64,000 nucleotides of DNA from an uncultured Azospirillum sp. (GTDB lineage: Bacteria; Pseudomonadota; Alphaproteobacteria; CACIAM-22H2), in NCBI GenBank assembly GCA_964416335.1, contig CAYQDN010000010.1:18357-82356 (forward strand), in the 5' to 3' direction. Made by a program: the position numbers and the translations under genes. How positions within the stretch are numbered: the stretch's first letter is position 1; the number at the start of each line of letters is the position of its first letter. Shown here piece by piece: positions 58,419 to 64,000 of the stretch. The notes beneath the pieces were generated by a model, which was not told where the DNA came from, ran no database searches, and saw nothing but the letters and a program-made list of their open reading frames with translations.

Positions 58419-59837
58419 ATGGGTGTGGACGGCGATATCGTGCGGCGGGTGGATACCCGCAGCACCGGCTATTTCGGGCTGAGCGACCATATCTGGGACG
58501 AGCCGGAAATCAACTTCCAGGAACAGAAGGCCGCCGCCCGGCATGCCGCCATGCTCGAGGCCGAAGGCTTCAAGGTCTCGCGCGGCGTTGCCGGCATGCC
58601 GACCGCGATGGAGGGCGAGGCGGGGGCCGGCGGCCCGGTCGTCGCGATCCTCGGCGAGTACGACGCACTCCCCAATCTCAGCCAGCATGCGGGCGTGGCG
58701 AGCAAGACGCCGGTCGTGCCCGGCGGCCACGGCCATGGCTGCGGCCACAACATGCTGGGCTCCGCCTCGCTGCTCGCGGCCGCCGCGGTGAAGGACTGGC
58801 TGCTGGCCAGCGGCAAGCCCGGCCGCGTGCGCTATTACGGCTGCCCCGCGGAAGAGGGCGGCTCGTCGAAGGGCTTCATGGTGCGCGCGGGGCTGTTCGA
58901 CGATGTCGACGTCGCGATCTGCTGGCATCCGGCCGCGTTCAACGGCGTCAACCGCGCCATCTCGCTGGCCTGCGTCGAGATCGAGTTCACCTTCCACGGC
59001 CGCGCCTCGCACGCGTCCTCCACGCCGCATCTGGGCCGCTCGGCGCTCGACGCGGTCGAGCTGATGAATATCGGTGTTAACTACATGCGCGAGCACATGC
59101 CGTCCTCCGCGCGCGTGCACTACGCGATCACGGATGCCGGCGGGATCGCACCCAACGTCGTGCAGGCGCGCGCCACGGTGCGCCACCTGATCCGTGCGAG
59201 CACGCTCGACGACATGTGGGATCTCGTCGGCCGCGTGCGCAAGATCGCCGACGGTGCCGCCCTGATGAGCGAGACGCGCGTCGAGACCCGCCAGCTCAGC
59301 GGCGATGCCAATCTCGTCGGCAACCGTCCGCTCGAAGAGGCGATGCATGCCCGGCTCCTGCAGCTCGGCGGACCGGGCTTCGACGAGGCCGACCGCGCCT
59401 TCGCGCGCGAGATCCAGAAGACCTTCACCAAGGAAGACATCCGCAGCTCCTATGCGCGCTTCGACCTGCCGCCAAAGCAGGACGAGCCGCTGAGCGAAGA
59501 GATCTATCCGCTCGGCTCCGGCGGCTCGATCGTCGGCTCGACCGACGTGGGCTCGGTCAGCTGGGTCGTGCCGACGGTCCAGTGCCGCAACGCGTGCTAT
59601 GCGATCGGCACGCCGGGCCATTCGTGGCAGCTGGTGGCGCAGGGCAAGGCACCGGCGGCGCACAAGGGTATTGCGCACGCCGCCAAGACGATGGCCGGAA
59701 CGGCCGTCGATGTCCTCGGCAATCCGGCACTGCTGAAGGCCGCCAAGGACGCGTTCGCGGAATTCCGGAAGGACAATCCCTTCCGCAATCCGATCACCGA
59801 CGATGTCGAGCCGCCGCTCGACATGTCGGCGCGCTAG
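58419..59837 (+). CDS. M20 amidohydrolase (AbgB-like)
   Basis: LGEYDAL, GHGCGHNML, PAEEGG, WHP, GRSALDA, GSTDVG, HSW. Confidence 0.9.
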   Translation: MGVDGDIVRRVDTRSTGYFGLSDHIWDEPEINFQEQKAAARHAAMLEAEGFKVSRGVAGMPTAMEGEAGAGGPVVAILGEYDALPNLSQHAGVASKTPVVPGGHGHGCGHNMLGSASLLAAAAVKDWLLASGKPGRVRYYGCPAEEGGSSKGFMVRAGLFDDVDVAICWHPAAFNGVNRAISLACVEIEFTFHGRASHASSTPHLGRSALDAVELMNIGVNYMREHMPSSARVHYAITDAGGIAPNVVQARATVRHLIRASTLDDMWDLVGRVRKIADGAALMSETRVETRQLSGDANLVGNRPLEEAMHARLLQLGGPGFDEADRAFAREIQKTFTKEDIRSSYARFDLPPKQDEPLSEEIYPLGSGGSIVGSTDVGSVSWVVPTVQCRNACYAIGTPGHSWQLVAQGKAPAAHKGIAHAAKTMAGTAVDVLGNPALLKAAKDAFAEFRKDNPFRNPITDDVEPPLDMSAR

Positions 59838-59857
59838 GCCGCGGCGCGGCACCCCGG

Positions 59858-60562
59858 ATGATCGAACTCCTCGGGTTCGGGCCGACCGGCTGGGGCTTGC
59901 CGCTTCTCCTCGCCGCGGCGATGACGGTCGCGGTCGCGGTCACGGGCTTCCTTGCCGGTGCGTGCGTGGGTGCCGCCGGCGCGTTCGCCAAGCTGCAGGG
60001 CGGGCCGGTCGTGCGCGGATTTGCCGACGTCTACACGACGGTCCTGCGCGGCGTGCCCGACCTGCTGGTGATCTATCTCTTCTATTTCGGCTCCAGCGCG
60101 CTCCTCACGCCGGTCGCCCGGCTGTTCGGCGCCACCGGCTTCGTCAGCCTGCCGGGCTTCGTCGCGGGCGCGCTCGCCATCGGCGTGGTGTCGGGTGCTT
60201 ACCAGACCGAAGTGCTGCGCGCGGCCTATCTTGCGATCCCGCGCGGCGAGATCGAGGCGGCGACGGCCGCCGGCATGTCGCCCTTCCTCAAGTTCCGCCG
60301 GATCGTCGCACCGCTGGCCCTGCGCTTCGCGATCCCGGGCATCGGCAATGTCTGGCAGCTCGTGCTGAAGGAGACGGCGCTGATCTCCGTCACCGGCCTC
60401 GTCGAGCTGCTGCGCCAGTCGCAGGTCGCGGCCGGCTCGACGCGCCAGCCGTTCCTGTTCTTCGCCGCCGCGGCCGTGCTCTACATGGCGATCTCGGCCT
60501 TCTCGAGCTGGGGCTTCGGCGGGGCGGAAGACCGCTTCTCGCGCGGCCTGAGGAAAGCCTGA
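59858..60562 (+). CDS. Polar amino acid/opine ABC permease (HisQ type)
   Basis: [31 protein letters not shown]. Confidence 0.9.
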   Translation: MIELLGFGPTGWGLPLLLAAAMTVAVAVTGFLAGACVGAAGAFAKLQGGPVVRGFADVYTTVLRGVPDLLVIYLFYFGSSALLTPVARLFGATGFVSLPGFVAGALAIGVVSGAYQTEVLRAAYLAIPRGEIEAATAAGMSPFLKFRRIVAPLALRFAIPGIGNVWQLVLKETALISVTGLVELLRQSQVAAGSTRQPFLFFAAAAVLYMAISAFSSWGFGGAEDRFSRGLRKA

Positions 60563-61284
60563 TGGATTTCGCCTTCCTCTACGAGATGCTGCTGACGATC
60601 CTGCCCGGCGTGCCGCTGACGTTGAAGCTCGCGGCAAGTTCGGTGGCTCTTGGTGCCTTCCTGGCACTGCCGCTTGCGCTGATGCGCCTGTCGAAGATCG
60701 GCGTGCTCGACTGGTTCGCGAAGATATACGTCTTCGTCTTCCGCTCGACGCCGCTGCTGCTGCAGATCTTCGTCATCTATTACGGGCTCGGCCAGTTCCC
60801 GGAAATCCGCCGCAGCTTCCTGTGGCCGTTCCTGCGCGATCCCTATTGGTGCGCGATCCTGGCGCTCACGCTGAACACGGCGGCCTATGCGAGCGAGATC
60901 ATCCGCGGCGGGCTCACCTCGGTTCCCCTCGGCCAGATCGAAGCGGCGAGTGCCGTCGGCATGAGCCGCTTCACGACCTTCCGGCGCATCGTCCTGCCGC
61001 AGGCGATCCGGCAGGCGCTGCCGGGCTACGGCAACGAGCTGATCTTGATGGTGAAGGCGACGTCGCTTGCCTCGATCATCACGATGATGGAGATCACCGG
61101 CATCGCCGCGAAGATGATTTCCGAGACGTACCGGGCGATCGAGATTTTCATCGTCGCGGGTGCGATCTATCTCTGCCTCAATTTCGTGCTCACCCGCCTG
61201 GTGATGCTGCTCGAAGCCCGCCTCAATCCGCAGCTTCGCGCGCATCCGCAGGTCCGCCCCCTGCCTGCCGGAGTATCCGCGTGA
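60562..61284 (+). CDS. Polar amino acid/opine ABC permease (HisM type)
   Basis: [31 protein letters not shown]. Confidence 0.9.
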   Translation: MDFAFLYEMLLTILPGVPLTLKLAASSVALGAFLALPLALMRLSKIGVLDWFAKIYVFVFRSTPLLLQIFVIYYGLGQFPEIRRSFLWPFLRDPYWCAILALTLNTAAYASEIIRGGLTSVPLGQIEAASAVGMSRFTTFRRIVLPQAIRQALPGYGNELILMVKATSLASIITMMEITGIAAKMISETYRAIEIFIVAGAIYLCLNFVLTRLVMLLEARLNPQLRAHPQVRPLPAGVSA

Positions 61285-62054
61285 CCGCGATCCAGCCGCC
61301 GACCGTCGAACTGCGCAAGTTGCGCAAGAGCTTCGGCGCATTCGAGGTCCTCAAGGGCATCGATTTCGCGGCGCGCGAAGGCGAGGTGATCTCGATCCTC
61401 GGCTCGTCGGGATCGGGCAAGTCGACGATGCTCCGCTGCATCAACATGCTGGAAACGCCGTCGGCCGGGCAGGTCCTGATCGACGGCGAGGAGATCCGCC
61501 TTGCCCCGGCAAGCGGCGGCCTCAGGATCGCCGACCGCGTCCAGGTCGACCGGATGCGCTCGTCCATCGGCATGGTGTTCCAGAGCTTCAATCTCTGGTC
61601 CCACATGACCGTCCTCGAGAACGTGATCGAAGCGCCGATCCACGTGCACCGCCGCCCGCGCGCCGAGTGCGTCGCCGAGGCGGAAGCCATCCTCGAGAAG
61701 GTCGGCATTGCCGACAAGCGCAACCACTATCCGGCCCATCTTTCGGGCGGCCAGCAGCAGCGCGCGGCGATCGCGCGCGCACTGGCGCAGAAGCCGCGCC
61801 TGATGCTCTTCGACGAACCGACCTCGGCCCTCGATCCCGAACTCGTCGGCGAGGTGCTGCGCGTCATGCGTACGCTGGCACAGGAAGGCCGCACGATGCT
61901 GATCGTGACCCACGAGATGGGCTTCGCCCGGGAGGTCTCGAGCAGGGTGGTGTTTTTGCACAACGGTGCCATCGAGGAGCAGGGGACGCCGGCGCAGATG
62001 TTCGACGCACCCCGGTCGGAGCGGCTCGGGCAGTTCCTGGCAAGCGAGTTCTAG
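61281..62054 (+). CDS. Polar amino acid ABC ATPase (HisP type)
   Basis: [41 protein letters not shown]. Confidence 0.93.
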   Translation: MTAIQPPTVELRKLRKSFGAFEVLKGIDFAAREGEVISILGSSGSGKSTMLRCINMLETPSAGQVLIDGEEIRLAPASGGLRIADRVQVDRMRSSIGMVFQSFNLWSHMTVLENVIEAPIHVHRRPRAECVAEAEAILEKVGIADKRNHYPAHLSGGQQQRAAIARALAQKPRLMLFDEPTSALDPELVGEVLRVMRTLAQEGRTMLIVTHEMGFAREVSSRVVFLHNGAIEEQGTPAQMFDAPRSERLGQFLASEF

Positions 62055-62111
62055 TCAAGACGGGTGCCGGCGAGGCAACATGCCCGCCGGACCGAGAAAG
62101 AGGAGATCGAC

Positions 62112-62954
62112 ATGAAGGCCAACTGGTTTGTTCTCGCCGTGGCGGGCATCGCCGCATTCGCAGGTGCCGCCGCGGCCCAGCCGGCGCAGAAGGTACGCAT
62201 CGCCACCGAAGGCGCGTTCCCGCCGTACAACTACACCGAACCCAACGGCACGCTCGGCGGCTATGAGATCGAGCTCTACAAGGACCTGTGCGCGCGCGCC
62301 AAGCTCGACTGCACGATCGAGGCGCAGGCCTTCGACGGGATGATCCCGGCGCTCAACGCCGGCAAGTTCGACGCGATCATGGCCGGCATGTCGATCACGC
62401 CGCGACGCGAGGAAGCGGTGCTGTTCTCGCAGCCCTACAGCAGCGTCGGGCAGATCTTCATGACGCTGAAGTCGGGCCCGATCGGCGATCTGGGCGACAC
62501 CGGCAGCGTCTATTCGCTGACGACGAGCGAGGCCGCGGCGATCGCCGCACTCGACAAGATCAAGCCGAAGCTCAAGGGCAAGGTCATCGGCGTGCAGACA
62601 TCCACGATCGGCGCCGCATTCCTCAAGCAGTATCTCGAAGGCACGGTCGAAATCCGCGAATACAAGACGACCGAGCAGCACGATCTCGACCTGACGGCAG
62701 GCCGCGTCGACGCGGTGTTCGCCTCGATCGCCTATCTCAGCGAGTCGAAGAAGAAGCTCGCCAGCGATGACGTGCTGATCAGCGGACCGCGCTTCATGGG
62801 CGGGTTGCTCGGCAAGGGTGCGGGCGTTGCCTTCCGCAAGGGGGAAACGGCCCTTCAGGCGCGCTTCGACGCCGCGATCGACGCGGCGAAGGCCGACGGC
62901 ACGATCAAGCGTCTGAGCATGAAGTATTTCGGCTTCGACGTCACGCCGCGCTGA
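62112..62954 (+). CDS. Family-3 amino acid/opine substrate-binding protein
   Basis: IATEGAFPPYN, FDGMIPAL, GMSITPRR, DLTAGRVD; GAGGAG RBS. Confidence 0.9.
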   Translation: MKANWFVLAVAGIAAFAGAAAAQPAQKVRIATEGAFPPYNYTEPNGTLGGYEIELYKDLCARAKLDCTIEAQAFDGMIPALNAGKFDAIMAGMSITPRREEAVLFSQPYSSVGQIFMTLKSGPIGDLGDTGSVYSLTTSEAAAIAALDKIKPKLKGKVIGVQTSTIGAAFLKQYLEGTVEIREYKTTEQHDLDLTAGRVDAVFASIAYLSESKKKLASDDVLISGPRFMGGLLGKGAGVAFRKGETALQARFDAAIDAAKADGTIKRLSMKYFGFDVTPR

Positions 62955-62975
62955 ACGGATCGTGGGCGCGCACCG

Positions 62976-64000
62976 TCAGTCGTTTGCCGGCGGTGCCGCC
63001 CATTCCGTCTTGCCCTTGTCGGTTCCGGCGACCGAATAGAGCGCGCCGGGCGCATTGCGCGTCTTCTGGAACTCCTCGAGCGTCTGGCCGCGCATCGCGG
63101 CATAGATGTGGAGGTTCGAGACACCCACGACGGCACCGAGTTTCTCGAGCACGAAGAAGATCGCGCCGTAGCGGATGAGTCCGCGCCAGTCGCGTCGCCG
63201 GACGAGATCCTTCTCCTCGTCGGTCAGTTCGCCCTTTGCGAAGCTCGCTTCGGGGTCCTTCAGGAACGCCGCGCGCACCGCCGGGTCGATCAGCGCGTGC
63301 AGGAACTTGTTGAGCCGGTAGCCTTTGACGCTGCGCTCCAGCGTGAACGGATAGGTGCCGGCAAGCGCTTCGACGCCCGCGAGCTGCCGGCCGACATGGC
63401 TGCGGTGGCGTTCGATCTCGGCCTCCAGCGGTGCTTCGCCGGCGTTCTCGTAGATCGCCGTGGCGATCCCGGCCATCGAGGGCAGGTAGTAGGTCTGGTG
63501 AATCCGGTTCACGCGGGCGGACAGGGCGCCGCGCATGATCAGCCACATGATCACTTCCGCACCCTCGAAGCCGCCAAGGGTCGCGTATTCGGCATGCGTC
63601 ATGCCGGCGAGGAACTCGGGATCCTTCTCGATCAGGTCGAGGAAGCGCATATCCCACGGCACGTTGTTGAAGCCGGCGCGCTCACCGTGGACCTGGTGGG
63701 AAAGACCGCCGGTGGCGACGATCGCGACCGAAATGTCTTCGGGGTAGCTCTCGATCGCCCGGCGCAGCGCCTTGCCCAGCCTGAAGCAGCGGCCGGCGGA
63801 CGGGATCGGGAACTGCAGCACGCCGACCTGGAGCGGGACGATCGGGACCGTCCATTTGGGCGCGCTCGGCATCATCATGCAGAGCGGCGAGAAGCAGCCA
63901 TGGTCGAGCGGCCGATCCTGGAAGAACGACATGTCGAACTCGTCGGCGACGAGCGACGCGCCGATATGCTGGGCAAGCTTCGTGTGCCCGTCGACCGGCG
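62976..64000 (-). CDS. galA: Gallate dioxygenase (LigB-like domain fused to LigA-like domain), 5' truncated by the window
   Basis: LDHGCFSP, GGLSHQVHGER, EGAEVIMW, C-terminal FFVLEKL...AAMRG fusion; frame open past the window edge. Confidence 0.88.
   Translation of the reverse strand, partial: PVDGHTKLAQHIGASLVADEFDMSFFQDRPLDHGCFSPLCMMMPSAPKWTVPIVPLQVGVLQFPIPSAGRCFRLGKALRRAIESYPEDISVAIVATGGLSHQVHGERAGFNNVPWDMRFLDLIEKDPEFLAGMTHAEYATLGGFEGAEVIMWLIMRGALSARVNRIHQTYYLPSMAGIATAIYENAGEAPLEAEIERHRSHVGRQLAGVEALAGTYPFTLERSVKGYRLNKFLHALIDPAVRAAFLKDPEASFAKGELTDEEKDLVRRRDWRGLIRYGAIFFVLEKLGAVVGVSNLHIYAAMRGQTLEEFQKTRNAPGALYSVAGTDKGKTEWAAPPAND

Overview
A GC-rich, gene-dense window, probably alphaproteobacterial (inferred from gene content and promoter style). 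It holds about 54 real CDS; the rest of the ORF track is antisense or frame shadow. It is almost entirely a nutrient-scavenging region. From left to right: an inositol-type operon (TIM-barrel fragment, HAD, iolE, iolG-like); AfuABC/Fe-type ABC importer 1 with a divergent MocR regulator whose PLP lysine is replaced by Arg; an operon of mutarotase, Fe-type ABC importer 2 and inositol monophosphatase, divergent from a FadR-led non-phosphorylative sugar-acid operon; a degenerate tRNA-Pro 3' remnant at the start of a visibly more AT-rich block (two enolase-superfamily genes, sugar ABC, RraA-like aldolase, TPR-methyltransferase, DUF4440, a second IlvD/Edd); PhyH dioxygenase, family-5 ABC and a third enolase gene; a ROK-controlled sugar ABC operon with an embedded argininosuccinate-lyase-like gene and PfkB kinase, plus PIG-L deacetylase and adenylate cyclase; HAD with AfuABC importer 3; M20 amidohydrolase with a polar amino-acid ABC; and a partial gallate dioxygenase. 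I saw no rRNA, intact tRNA, CRISPR array, integrase or transposase. Best leads are (i) three Fe-type ABC importers each paired with a phosphatase, suggesting sugar- or inositol-phosphate scavenging, (ii) the ASL-like lyase/PfkB/PIG-L sugar-conjugate system, and (iii) the apparently PLP-independent MocR. All calls come from motif reading by eye; no searches were run.
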